Shown here: positions 37,000 through 50,970 of the stretch, in pieces | Numbering within the stretch: the stretch's first letter is position 1 | Layout of the letters: every line of letters starts with the position of its first letter | NCBI GenBank assembly: GCA_032718475.1 | Contig: JAUCBJ010008861.1 | Span: 1-64,000, forward strand | DNA: 64,000 bases | Source: Nemertoderma westbladi | Lineage: Eukaryota; Animalia; Xenacoelomorpha | Reading direction: 5' to 3' | Notes under the pieces: model-generated | What the model saw: only the letters and a program-made list of their open reading frames with translations | Database searches by the model: none | Told to the model about the DNA's origin: nothing | Translations under genes and position numbers: made by a program

Positions 37000-38393
37000 A
37001 TGTCTTATCGCTCAAGTGCTAATAAAAGTGCTTCAGACAGTTCCCTTAGTGACCAAACTTCCAATCTTGATGTGACTGCGATACCAATGCATTCTGACTC
37101 AGACAGATCCCCGACTAGAGAATTGCACGAGCCGGAGCGCCCTGGTTCCAATCAATTAGAAAACCCTATTATGCCCTCGAAATTAGATCGACCACCCCCT
37201 GTCACCCGAACTGACCAGTCCACTGCTGGCCTCGAAATACAAATGGACCAACTGACAGCGACTTCCGACTTGGACCGGACGGAAGTTGACACAGCCACAG
37301 GATTAAACCTGCCGATAGGGACGGACCCATTAATGGCCCCTTCCCCAGGTTTATTAATCGGTCTACTAAGGGCTATTGACAATTACAGAGCCTCCGAAAG
37401 GGGTTTGAAAGTACAGATACTTTCAAAGACCGTTCCAGAGATGAAACAGAATGTATTGCAATACTACAATTATCCTTCAATGGATAAGTTGTTTCCATTA
37501 CATTCTGCCACCTCTGACGAACTAACGGAGTTGAAGGTACCAGCTGACCCCACTAATATTTCCAAGGTGGGAAAGACCCTGAGAGGATTTCAGACCGGAT
37601 TTATTAAACAAATATCCGGCTTTGAAGCCATCTTAAGGGACCCCAATGTAGACAACACCCCCTCTCTCTTATATGACATCAAGGAAAGAATCATATGTAT
37701 TCGTATCATTCTTTCGGCCTTCCACCAATCCGCGGTCAGGACAGGAGCCACAGTCATAGAGACCACGTCCCTTGAGAACATAAGAAAATTCGCCACCTCA
37801 GCGCAAACCTGCCTCTCCTTCCAGGATGAACCTTCTCAATCCGTAGAATTAGATTCAGACCATCCGTCCATAACTGTTGCCTGTGATGTTGAAGGGTACA
37901 CTCAAACCGAACCTGAGACTCAAATGGCACAAGAAGACGCTATTCGCCAACACTTGGGAGAATACATAAAGGCAGTGGGGTAGCAAGAGTTGATAAAAAG
38001 ATTGCGCGGACACCGCCCAACTAGACCCACCACTAAAAGGATCCTAAAAGAAATCGACCAAGATATGGATTTACAAAGCCAAAAGAAAGGCGGATCAAGG
38101 AGAAAAAACAAAGTAGATTAAAACAATTAGACAATCAAGTGGATGACGAATGATTAAAGCATGAGTATAAGGCTGAGGAAAGGGAAGCCGAGGAACAAAG
38201 ATGCAAATTGGAAGCGGAGGAACAAAAACTGAAGGCGGAGGAACAAAAACTGAAAGCGGAGGAACAAAAACGCAAATTGGAAACGGAGGAACAAAAACTG
38301 AAAGCGGAGGAACGAAAACTGGAAGCAGAAAAACAAAGGCATGAGAACCAGTTTTTAGCAGAACAGAAAAGAATACAAGCAGAAAGGGAGTGA
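37000..38393 (+). pseudogene. Gag-like ORF (327 aa, followed by a broken coiled coil), cut off by the satellite
   Basis: Disordered N-terminus, helical middle, and EAEEQKLK heptad repeats after stops. No diagnostic domain, so retroelement origin is an inference. Confidence 0.4.
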
Positions 38394-38404
38394 GAGATTA
38401 TACT

Positions 38405-41400
38405 AAGCTCATGGATTCAATTTAACTACACGAGTTAGTTAAATCGCCTCCGCTTTGCAGGACATTGCTTTCGCCGTGAGGACCAGCCAGTGCATAATCT
38501 TGTACTTTGGCAGCCTCATGGAGTGAATAAGCATGGTGGACAGCCCATGACTTTCTTGAGACGCATCTTAAAGGACACTGGCCTTAAAGATGCGGATGAT
38601 CTAGCAAATGTCATGGGTGATAGGGAGTTGTGGCGGTGCAATTTTGTTGACAAGCCGGCACAGCATTCTTAAAAATGCAGCTGCAATGCAGCATGCCGAT
38701 CCTAGTAGTAGTAGTAGTAGTACACGAGTTAGCCTCATGGATTCCATTTAACTACACGAGTTAGCACTCATGGAATTCCATTTAACTACAAGAGTTAGCG
38801 CTCATGGATTCCATTTAACTACACGAGTTAGTGCTCATGGATTCCATTTAACTACAAGAGTTAGCGCTCATGGATTCCATTTAACTACACAAGTTAGCAC
38901 TCATGGATTCCATTTAACTACACGAGTTAGCGCTCATGGGTTTCATTTAACTACACGAGTTAGCCTCATGGATTCCATTTAACTACAACGAGTTAGCACT
39001 CAAGGATTCCATTTAACTACATGAGTTAGCCTCATGGATTCCATTTAACTACACGAGTTAGCCTCATGGATTCCATTCAACTACAAGAGTTAGCACTCAT
39101 GGATTCCATTTAACTACACGAGTTAGCGCTCATGGATTCCATTTAACTACACGAGTTGTCGCTCATGGGTTCCAATTAACACTACACGAGTTAGCGCTCA
39201 TGGATTCCATTTAACTACACGAGTTAGCGCTCATGGATTCCATTTAACTACACGAGTTAGTGCTCATGGATTCCATTTAACTACAAGAGTTAGCGCTCAT
39301 GGATTCCATTTAACTACACAAGTTAGCACTCATGGATTCCATTTAACTACACGAGTTAGCGCTCATGGGTTTCATTTAACTACACGAGTTAGCCTCATGG
39401 ATTCCATTTAACTACAACGAGTTAGCACTCAAGGATTCCATTTAACTACATGAGTTAGCCTCATGGATTCCATTTAACTACACGAGTTAGTGCTCATGGA
39501 TTCCATTTAACTACACGATTAGCGCTCATGGATTCCATTTAACTACACGAGTTAACCTCATGGATTCCATTTAATTACACGAGTTAGCGCTCATGGATTC
39601 CATTTCACAACAAGAGTTAGCGTTCATGGATTCCATTTAACTACACGAGTTAGCACTCATGGATTCCATTTAACTACACGAGTTAGCCTCATGGATTCCA
39701 TTTAACTACACGAGATAGCCTCATGGATTCCATTTAACTACAAGAGTTAGCGCTCATGGATTCCATTTAACTACACGAGTTAGCCTCATGGATTCCATTT
39801 AACTACACGAGTTAGCGCTCATGGATTCCATTTAAGTACACGAGTTAGCCTCATGGATTCCATTTAACTACACGAGTTAACCTCATGGATTCCATTTAAT
39901 TACACGAGTTAGCGCTCATGGATTCCATTTCACAACAAGAGTTAGCGTTCATGGATTCCATTTAACTACACGAGTTAGCACTCATGGATTCCATTTAACT
40001 ACACGAGTTAGCCTCATGGATTCCATTTAACTACACGAGATAGCCTCATGGATTCCATTTAACTACAAGAGTTAGCGCTCATGGATTCCATTTAACTACA
40101 CGAGTTAGCCTCATGGATTCCATTTAACTACACGAGTTAGCGCTCATGGATTCCATTTAAGTACACGAGTTAGCCTCATGGATTCCATTTAACTACACGA
40201 GTTAGCCTCATGGATTCCATTTAACTACAAGAGTTAGCGTTCATGGATTCCATTTAACTACACGAGTTAGCACTCATGGATTCCATTTAACTACACGAGT
40301 TAGCCTCACGGATTCCATTTAACTACACGAGATAGCCTCATGGATTCCATTTAACTACAAGAGTTAGCGCTCATGGATTCCATTTAACTACACGAGTTAG
40401 CCTCATGGATTCCATTTAACTACACGAGTTAGCGCTCATGGATTCCATTTAACTACACGAGTTAGCCTCATGGATTCCATTTAACTACACGAGTTAGCCT
40501 CATGGATTCCATTTAACTACAAGAGTTAGCGCTCATGGATTCAATTTAACTACACGAGTTAGCCTCATGGATTCCATTTAACTACACGAGTTAGCACTCA
40601 TGGAATTCCATTTAACTACAAGAGTTAGCGCTCATGGATTCCAATTAACTACACGAGTTAGTGCTCATGGATTCCATTTAACTACAAGAGTTAGCGCTCA
40701 TGGATTCCATTTAACTACACAAGTTAGCACTCATGGATTCCATTTAACTACACGAGTTAGCGCTCATGGGTTTCATTTAACTACACGAGTTAGCCTCATG
40801 GATTCCATTTAACTACAACGAGTTAGCACTCAAGGATTCCATTTAACTACATGAGTTAGCCTCATGGATTCCATTTAACTACACGAGTTAGCCTCATGGA
40901 TTCCATTCAACTACAAGAGTTAGCACTCATGGATTCCATTTAACTACACGAGTTAGCGCTCATGGATTCCATTTAACTACACGAGTTGTCGCTCATGGGT
41001 TCCAATTAACACTACACGAGTTAGCGCTCATGGATTCCATTTAACTACACGAGTTAGCGCTCATGGATTCCATTTAACTACACGAGTTAGTGCTCATGGA
41101 TTCCATTTAACTACAAGAGTTAGCGCTCATGGATTCCATTTAACTACACAAGTTAGCACTCATGGATTCCATTTAACTACACGAGTTAGCGCTCATGGGT
41201 TTCATTTAACTACACGAGTTAGCCTCATGGATTCCATTTAACTACAACGAGTTAGCACTCAAGGATTCCATTTAACTACATGAGTTAGCCTCATGGATTC
41301 CATTTAACTACACGAGTTAGTGCTCATGGATTCCATTTAACTACACGATTAGCGCTCATGGATTCCATTTAACTACACGAGTTAACCTCATGGATTCCAT

Positions 41401-43310
41401 TTAATTACACGAGTTAGCGCTCATGGATTCCATTTCACAACAAGAGTTAGCGTTCATGGATTCCATTTAACTACACGAGTTAGCACTCATGGATTCCATT
41501 TAACTACACGAGTTAGCCTCATGGATTCCATTTAACTACACGAGATAGCCTCATGGATTCCATTTAACTACAAGAGTTAGCGCTCATGGATTCCATTTAA
41601 CTACACGAGTTAGCCTCATGGATTCCATTTAACTACACGAGTTAGCGCTCATGGATTCCATTTAAGTACACGAGTTAGCCTCATGGATTCCATTTAACTA
41701 CACGAGTTAACCTCATGGATTCCATTTAATTACACGAGTTAGCGCTCATGGATTCCATTTCACAACAAGAGTTAGCGTTCATGGATTCCATTTAACTACA
41801 CGAGTTAGCACTCATGGATTCCATTTAACTACACGAGTTAGCCTCATGGATTCCATTTAACTACACGAGATAGCCTCATGGATTCCATTTAACTACAAGA
41901 GTTAGCGCTCATGGATTCCATTTAACTACACGAGTTAGCCTCATGGATTCCATTTAACTACACGAGTTAGCGCTCATGGATTCCATTTAAGTACACGAGT
42001 TAGCCTCATGGATTCCATTTAACTACACGAGTTAGCCTCATGGATTCCATTTAACTACAAGAGTTAGCGCTCATGGATTCCATTTAACTACACAAGTTAG
42101 CCTCATGGATTCCATTTAACTACACGAGTTAGCACTCATGGAATTCCATTTAACTACAAGAGTTAGCGCTCATGGATTCCATTTAACTACACGAGTTAGT
42201 GCTCATGGATTCCATTTAACTACAAGAGTTAGCGCTCATGGATTCCATTTAACTACACAAGTTAGCACTCATGGATTCCATTTAACTACACGAGTTAGCG
42301 CTCATGGGTTTCATTTAACTACACGAGTTAGCCTCATGGATTCCATTTAACTACAACGAGTTAGCACTCAAGGATTCCATTTAACTACATGAGTTAGCCT
42401 CATGGATTCCATTTAACTACACGAGTTAGCCTCATGGATTCCATTCAACTACAAGAGTTAGCACTCATGGATTCCATTTAACTACACGAGATAGCGCTCA
42501 TGGATTCCATTTAACTACACGAGTTGTCGCTCATGGGTTCCAATTAACACTACACGAGTTAGCGCTCATGGATTCCATTTAACTACACGAGTTAGCGCTC
42601 ATGGATTCTATTTAACTACACGAGTTAGCGCTCATGGATTCCATTTAACTACAAGAGTTAGCGCTCATGGATTCCATTTAACTACACAAGTTAGCACTCA
42701 TGGATTCCATTTAACTACACGAGTTAGCGCTCATGGGTTTCATTTAACTACACGAGTTAGCCTCATGGATTCCATTTAACTACAACGAGTTAGCACTCAA
42801 GGATTCCATTTAACTACATGAGTTAGCCTCATGGATTCCATTTAACTACACGAGTTAGCCTCATGGATTCCATTCAACTACAAGAGTTAGCGCTCATGGA
42901 TTCCATTTAACTACACGAGTTAGCGCTCATGGATTCCATTTAACTACACGAGTTGTCGCTCATGGGTTCCAATTAACACTACACGAGTTAGCGCTCATGG
43001 ATTCCATTTAACTACTCGAGTTAGCGCTCATGGATTCCATTTAACTACACGAGTTAGCGCTCATGGGTTCAATTTAACTACACGAGTTAGCGCTCACGGG
43101 GGTTCCATTTAACTACACAAGTTAACGCTCATGGATTCCATTTAATTACACGAGTTAGCGCTCATGGGTTCCATTTAATTACACGAGTTAGCACACATAG
43201 ATTCCATTTAATTACACGAGGTAGCGCTCATGGGTTCCATTTAATTACACGTGTTAGCGCTCATGGGGATTCCATTTAACTACACGAGTTAGCACTCATG
43301 GATTCCATTT
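38405..43310. repeat. 33/32-bp tandem satellite (~140 units) with higher-order repeats
   Basis: Unit CTCATGGATTCCATTTAACTACACGAGTTAGCG. Blocks of variants recur at 38770, 40600 and 42138. Confidence 0.98.
38439..38720 (+). mobile_element. Short 3' fragment of an RTE LINE with 12-bp TSD, inserted in the first satellite unit
   Basis: Nearly identical to 14945-15210, with a (TAG)6 tail. TSD TACACGAGTTAG at 38427-38438 and 38721-38732. Confidence 0.92.
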
Positions 43311-43586
43311 TAAACTTTGTAAGAAAGTAAATTTCTCACCACCGGCTGTGGACTGTATCTGTAAATAATATTGTAATGATCCCTGCCCATTGATCCTTCA
43401 TGCCAAACTGCAATGTTCTAGTGAATCCCGGGTTGTGCTATGTCGACAAGTTGCGTTAACACTACTTAACTGCATATTATTTAAATTATTTTAGTTAACT
43501 CTTACTATATCTGTCAAGTACCTAGATCTGCCTAACTGTTTCATGCCGAAGGGTGCCTTAAATTTTAGAATTATATTTATTTTATA

Positions 43587-43624
43587 CTAGAAAGCATGTA
43601 GCCCTTCGGGCCGCAGCTTTCTAG
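43587..43624. mobile_element. 38-bp palindromic Helitron-like terminus or mini-element
   Basis: A|CTAGAAAGC-ATGTAGCCCTTCGGGCCGCA-GCTTTCTAG|T; same termini as 55010-55418. Confidence 0.45.
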
Positions 43625-43734
43625 TGCACGTGCAGAGGATATATGAATTTGTGTGGAGAAATGTGTCGCAGATTGGAGAACTACAACGAAACAGACACTA
43701 TCGTAAAATAAAACACTGCTACTGATAACTATCA

Positions 43735-44640
43735 AATTTCAACTTAAGCTTCAGCTTATTGTAAATAACAAAATTTCGAGAAAATGTTCACATTCAGACA
43801 TTTTACCCTCTACCTGCACACTGCGACTGTTGAAATGCAAATGGCGCCGCAGTTCTGTAAAGATGGAGTTTATGGTGAAGTAAGATGCCTGCTTGTCAAG
43901 TTTCAGCTTAAACAGATTGTAAATAACAAAATTTCGAGAAAATGTTCACTTTCAGGCATTTCGCCCTCTAGCTGAAGACAGGGGAACTATAGATGACTCA
44001 GTGACTCCGTAAAGATTGAGCCTATGCTGTAGTTAGAAACCTGCCAAGTTCCAGCTGAAAAGGATTAAAAACAACCAAATGAGATCAGGTTTTCACTATC
44101 CGACATTTCGCCATCTAGCGGCAGACTACGGATCTGTAGATAATGCCACGACTCCGTAAAAGATATAGCATATACTGAAGTAGATACATACAAAGTTTCA
44201 GTCTACGCGGATTGTAAATCACCAAATGAGATCAGGTTTTCACTATCAGACAATTCACCCTCTAGCGGCAGACTGGGGAACTATAGACGACTCTGCGACT
44301 CTTTAAAGATATAGCCTATGCTGAAGTAGATGCCTATCAAGTTTCAGCTCAAAAGGATTAATAACAACCAAATTAGATCAGGTTTTCACTATCAGACAAT
44401 TATTATAGACGACTCTGCAACTCTTTAAAGATATAGCCTATGCTGTAGTAGATGTTTAAACATTTAAACCGTTTAAACCAAGTTTAAACCTAAGCGGATT
44501 GCAAATAACAAAGTTGGAGACGATTTTCACTTTAAGACAATTCGCTCTCTAGCGGCAGACTAGGGAACTGTAGACTACTCTGGGAAGAGGTAAGACAGTT
44601 CGCCCTCTAAAGGCAGAATGGGGAACTGTAGACTACTGTG
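43735..44640. repeat. Degenerate ~147-bp tandem repeat (~6 units)
   Basis: Recurring AAGTTTCAG (~43898, 44046, 44193, 44339) and CGCCCTCTAGCGGCAGACT. Confidence 0.75.
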
Positions 44641-47224
44641 GGAAGAGGTGTCACTTATGACACCCCTTGGGCAGCTTTGCGACAGTTGGACATCACTGAT
44701 AACCATTGTGTGATTGTATGTCAGGGTGCTAATCAGTCTGATTAATTAGGATAATCAATTAAACCCTAATTAGGATTCATAAGACACCTATTAGGGATTC
44801 AATGTACTAATTAATTATAATGAATAACGTATCGTATACTAAATTTATTGTGTATTTTTTTTATAGTCAAATTCAGATTATAATAGACATCCAATGAACT
44901 TTAATGACTATTAGTTTTTTATTACATTAACACAAAAAACCTTATACTTACAATAATCAAACTGTAGGAGGATATCTAACATTTAACATTACATATATGT
45001 ACATACTAATTAATTGATGACACCTGTCAATTAGGGTCTAATTTGCCTAATTATGAGGTGTCACCCAGACACCTCCTGAGTAGACCAGAAGTGACCTACT
45101 GTATCATATAAAATAGCCTATCATAATGTTCCACAAGAAATCACAGTTAATTTGGCATCAGGTCATTCCAATGAAATTCCATACGAATTTAATATATATA
45201 AATATGACTTGAATCTATCGGTTGTATTCAATTCGCTTGGATTATTTAAAAGGCGTGACAATTTAATTGATTCTAAATATGTTTTAAAGTTTAAAGTTTT
45301 AATGTTCTAAAGAATATTGTTCTAAAATATTAATTTGTTGAAAACAAAGAGCACAAAAAACTGAAGCACAAAAAGTCGTAGATTCCGCCTGTAACTAACT
45401 GTCTGTATAATTTATTGAGTATGACCATGTTTTTTTTATACAGAATGAAAAATTTCTGCCCATGTTGATTCCTAAATTAGAGAAATAAGAATTGAGAATA
45501 ACAAATTATGATACGAAGTTTATCAAGGGATTGTTATATATTGATGTTTTATTTTATATTAATATTAATACAGTCCCGCTCACCAACAGAGTGCCATCGG
45601 ATCCGATCGGATCCAACACACTCCGACAGCTTCAAACAAGCACAATGCTAACCTACGGAGATTTAGTACTGTTTGATTCTGTTGGAGAAAATATTTCCAA
45701 CAAGTTTAGTCTGTTGGAGCCCATCTGAATCTGTCTGAAATCCGTCGGAAAGTGTTTGAAATTTCTGTTGGATGTTGTTGGAAGCTATCTGAAGTTGTTT
45801 GAAGTTGTCTGAAGCTGTTTGAAATTGTCTGAAACTGTTTGAAGTTGTCTAAAGATGTTTGACGCCATCGGAATTTGTTGGAATTTGCCAAATGCCTTAC
45901 AAAAGCGTAGTTCATTAACAAAATGTCAATCACTTTAACTCTCAATTTGGAGTGATTGTGAGGGTGTGCTATTGTCAATTATAAACCGAAACAAAGATTT
46001 GTTTCATTTAACAATTTTTATTTACATAATTATGTCGTTAATTATATCAATTAATTAATTAGCATGCATAAACGAATAATAAATTCCTATAATATAAATT
46101 CCGATAAATGGATATAATAACACCAACACATTTTTAATTCCTTAATTTAATTAGAAATGTAAATAATGCTATAAATATATTAGTTTCTTTGACGTAGGGC
46201 ACTAAATACTGCACATAAACAGATATAATCACAAACAGATTAAGCAAACAGTAAATATAATTACAATGAGTGAAAAAAATATTTTTGGTTAATTTTATTA
46301 GTTGTGTTGAAAGAGCATCGAAATGAAAAGGTTTGCACGTAATACTTCTAGCCCAACTATTTTTTCCTGCACCTACCCTATTTGAGTAAATTACATTCAC
46401 ACACTCAAAAGTTATTGCAACTTTAGTCTCAGCAAGGCGAACTTCGAAACGGAACTCCATATCCAATATTGGTTTGTAGTTAAGCGGTTCCCTAGTTACG
46501 AAATAAATATTCGAGAACAATAAATTATTTAACATTGAGTAAGGCAGCATTTAGGCAGAATTTAGGAACAAACAATTACCTATTTAAGAATAAAATTACC
46601 TATACATGGGAAAACTTATTTTGAATATTATCACTACCCTTTAGTAATGATGGGTCGAAAGTCCCCCCTAGCCCTTCACAAGGGAGGGTGGACGTAGGGA
46701 CGGGGCCCAACGCCAACATATCGTGATAGTTTGTCACATTGGAAGGGGGGGGGGGGGGGGGGGGTGATGAAACGTATGGCTGTTAATGTTAAACGTGAAT
46801 GAATTAATATCATAAAGTAGTATTGAGCATTACGCACAACCATAATAGATTAGATAGAGAATTGGGAATGTGAAGGCCCTTGTTTTCACGTGACTGCCAT
46901 GCCATATTATGATGATGTGCCAATTGGATGTCTCCACGAGAAAGAGCACAAAATGTTAATTGAGAAGGTATTTTTTTATGATTATTGGACCTACTTGTCA
47001 ATTTATAAGACAACTTCAAGTTTCCGGAATGAAGACAGGACTCGAATAAGTGACTCTGCGGTCTTTGCGGGATTACACGGAATAGACTTATCTTCAAAAT
47101 GAGATCTTCAAAATGTATAATCTCCAGTTTTAATGGTCGTACGAAGTTCGTTTTAGGCTCATTTGAAAGCTCTTTTCTTAGAGAACAAAGTTACCATTTG
47201 ATTTAAGATAAAATGCTTGTGAAT

Positions 47225-47903
47225 GTTACCAATTAAGGGAAAGGTGCAGGTTACAAGGACGCTCTTTCTAACCAAAACAATAAACGATGTTGTTACCAAT
47301 TGAGTGAAAGGAGCAGGTTACAGAGGCGGGCTTTTCTAACCAAAACAATAAATGATATTGTTACCAATTGAGGGAGAAGAGCAGGTTACAGTGGCGGGCT
47401 TTTCTAACCAAGACAATAAAACGATATTATTACCAATCGAGGAAAGGAGCAGGTTACAGGTACGCTCTTTCGAACCAAAACAATAAACGATGTTGTTACC
47501 AATTGAGGGAAAGGAGCAGGAACAGGGACGCTCTTTCTAACCAAAACAATAAACGATGTTGTTACCAACTGAGGGAAAGGAGCAAGTTACAGGGACGATC
47601 TTTCTAACCAAAACAATAAACTATGTTTTTACCAATTGAAGGAGAGGAGTAGTTTACAGAGGCGGCTTTTCTAAACAAAACAATAAACGTTGTTTTTACC
47701 TACTAATTGAGAGAAAGGAGCAGGTCACAGCAGCGGGCATTTCTAACCAAAACAATAAACGTTGTGTTGTTATCTACCAATTTAAGGAAAGGAGTAGGTT
47801 ATAGAGGTGGGCTTTTCTAAACAAAACAATAAAAGTTGTTTTTACCTACCAATTGAGGGAAAGGAGCAGGTTACAGCAACAGGCTTTTCTATCCAAACAA
47901 TAT
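47225..47903. repeat. ~68-bp minisatellite (~10 units)
   Basis: Unit TTACCAATTGAGGGAAAGGAGCAGGTTACAG..TTTCTAACCAAAACAATAAACGATGTTG. Confidence 0.93.
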
Positions 47904-47914
47904 ACATTGTTATT

Positions 47915-50041
47915 CACATCTTCCCATATTCCCATCAACCTTCTCACCTTCCTACAATCCCATGAACCTTCCCATCTTCCCACCCAGCCACCATCCCACA
48001 TTCCCATCCACATCCCTACATTCCCATCGTCCTACAATCCCATCCACCTTCCCACATTACCAATTTCCCACATTCCCATCCACCTTCCCATCTTCCTACA
48101 TTACCATCCACCTACCCACATTCTCATCCATCTTACCATCTTCCCACATTCCCATCCACCTTCCTACATTCCCATCTTCCTATATTCCCATCCACTTTCC
48201 CACATTCCCATCTTCTTACATTCCCATCCACCTTCCCACATTCCCATCTTGCCACATTCCCATCTTCTTCATTCCCACCCACCTTCCCACATTCCCATCC
48301 ACCTTCCCATCTCCCCACATTCCCATCCACCTTCCCACATTCCCACCTTCCTACATTCCCATCTTCCCACATTCCCATCAACCTTCCCATCTTCCCACAT
48401 TCCCATCCAACTTCCCACACCCCCTTCTTCCTCATTCCCTCCCACCTTTCCACATTTCCATTTTCCCACATTCCCATCCACCTTCCCAAATTCTCATCTT
48501 CCCACATTCTCACCCACCTTCCCATCTTCCTACATTCCCATCCACCTTCCCATCTTCCTACATTCCCATCCACCTTCCCAAATTCCCATCCACCTTCCCA
48601 CATTCCCATCTTCCTACATTCCCATCCACCTTCTTATCTTCCCACATTCCCACCTTCCTACAATCCCACAAACCTTCCCACATTCCCATCCACCTCCCCA
48701 TAATCCCACATTCCCATCCACCTTCCCACATTCTCATCTTCCTACATTCCCATCCATCTTCCCACATTCCCGTCTTCCCACATTCCCATCCACCTTCCCA
48801 CATTCCCGCATTCCTCATTCCCACCCACCTTCCCACATTCCCATCCACCTTCCCATCCACCCTCCCACATTCCCATCTTCCTACATTCCCATCCACCTTC
48901 ATATCTTCCCACATTCCCATCTTCCTACATTCCCACACACCTTCCCACATTCCCATCCACTTTCCCACATTCCCAGCTTCCCACATTCCCATCTTCCCAC
49001 ATTCCCATCTTACCACATTCCCATCTTCCTCATTCCCACCCACCTTCCCACATTCCCATCCACCTTCCCATCTCCCCACATCCCCATCCACCTTCCCACA
49101 TTCCCATCTTCCTACATTCCCATCTTCCCACATTCCCATCCACCTTCCCATCTTCCCACATTCCCATCCAACTTCCCACATTCCCACCTTCCTCATTCCC
49201 TCCCACCTTTCCACATTCCCATCTTCCCACATTCCCATCCACCTTCCCCAATTCTCATCTTCCCACATTCCCATATTCCTACATTCCCAGCTTCCTACAT
49301 TCCCATCACTTTCCCCCCATTCCCATCTTCCTACATTCCAATCCACCTTCCCGCATTCCCATCTTCCTCATTCCCATCCACCTACCCACATTCCCATCAT
49401 CCCACATTCCCATCTTGCCACATTCCCATCTTCCTCATTCCCACCCACCTTCCCACATTCCCATCCACCTTCCCATCTCCCCACACTCCCATCCACCTTC
49501 CCACATCCCCATCTTCCTACATTCCCATCTTCCCACATCCCCATCCACCTTCCCACATTCCCATCCAACTTCCCACATTCCCATCTTCCTCATTCCCTCC
49601 CACCTTTCCTCATTCCCACATTCCCATCCACCTTCCCACATTCCCATCTTCCTACATTCCCATCCACCTTCATATCTTCCCACATTCCCATCTTCCTACA
49701 TTCCCTCACACCTTCCCACATTCCCATCCACCTCACCATATTCCCACATTCCCATCCACCTTCCCACATTCTCATCTTCCTACATTGCCATCCACATTCA
49801 CATCTTCCCACATTCCCATCTTCCTACATTCCCTCACACCTTCCCACATTCCCATCCACCTCACCATATTCCCACATTCCCATCCACCTTCCCACATTCT
49901 CATCTTCATACATTGCCATCCACATTCACATCTTCTCACATTCCCATCTTCCCACATTCCCATCTTCCCACATTCCCATCTTCCCACATTCCCATCTTCC
50001 CACATTCCCGTATTCCTCATTCCCATCCACCTTCCCACATT
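47915..50041. repeat. Strand-asymmetric C-rich array of TTCCCACA/TTCCCATC units
   Basis: About 2.1 kb with almost no G on the + strand; the minus strand reads GGGAATGTGGGAAGATGGGAA. Confidence 0.97.
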
Positions 50042-50154
50042 CATTTTTTTTCGCTGGGAACGGGAATCCTGGGAAACTTCACATGGGCGAAAAATACAAA
50101 GAAACTTAAAAAAAAAATATTGATATGAACCTATTTGTTTTAAAAGATTGTAGG

Positions 50155-50292
50155 GCCTTATCGCCCCTGCCCCTTATCGCCCCCTGGGAACTTATCGCTC
50201 CTCAAATGGTCCTTTATCGCCCCTTTGGGAAGATATCGCCCCTGGGTCTTTATCGCCCCCGGGTCTTTATCGCCCCTGGTAACTTATCCCCA
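50155..50292. repeat. Cluster of TATCGCCCC motifs (~7 copies), like subterminal repeats of a DNA transposon
   Basis: Motif spaced ~15-25 bp apart; no partner terminus found. Confidence 0.6.
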
Positions 50293-50570
50293 CTGTGACA
50301 ATATTAATTTTGAATGGGAATATATATTGTTATTGCTATTGTTTATTAGTGTAATAAAAGTCTGTATCCATATACTGTACAGTACAGTAGTTAAATTACG
50401 AGACACATGACATACATTGAATTGCCTAAGTAGGCCTACAAATGTTATAAATAAAAACAATATTTTATAAAATATGTTTAAAATAGAGTATTTTAAAATC
50501 ATTAATAATTAAACTGCATGTTTACTGGCATAGGTAAAATTTGAATAATAATGTAGGCCTACAAAGCTCT

Positions 50571-50970
50571 ACACGTTCGTGGGGCCTTCGCGCAGCACGA
50601 GGCTCAGTTATGAGATACAAATTAAAATTGTGCGACTGTATCACAAAATCAGGTTATGAGAGATTAACCCACACCACCAATTAATCACAGAAAGGGGGAC
50701 AGTACGTGTTCACCCCTTTTAATCTGCACCCCGACCCCCCCCCCCCCCCCCCCCACCCACCAATACATAACCGCGACATCTACCACCCACGGAAGGGTAG
50801 CACGAACTTATTTTCAAACGCACGTTCAATATGCAAAGCCAGGTGGTTTATAGGAATATAATTAATGCAGTACTCGTCTTCATTATAAGCCTCTTTGCGT
50901 TCGACCTGTTTTGTATTAAAATATATTTATTAAACGCAGGCTGACGCTCTTTATAATAATAATACCTAGG
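50571..50970 (+). repeat. Locally duplicated segment, copy 1
   Basis: Matches ~54112-54500 and ~56118-56510. Confidence 0.85.

Noticed and set aside
38405-43310. CRISPR array or repeat protein (HGFHLTTRVSA)n
   Set aside because: There are no unique spacers, and 32-bp units break the frame constantly; this is a satellite.
44640-45090. GAGGTGTCAC..GACACC hairpins at both ends suggesting a MITE
   Set aside because: Termini and TSD could not be defined.
47853-50128. 756-aa and 715-aa Pro/His/Ser-rich ORFs
   Set aside because: The G-poor strand rarely forms stop codons, so several frames are open; this is an artefact of the repeat.
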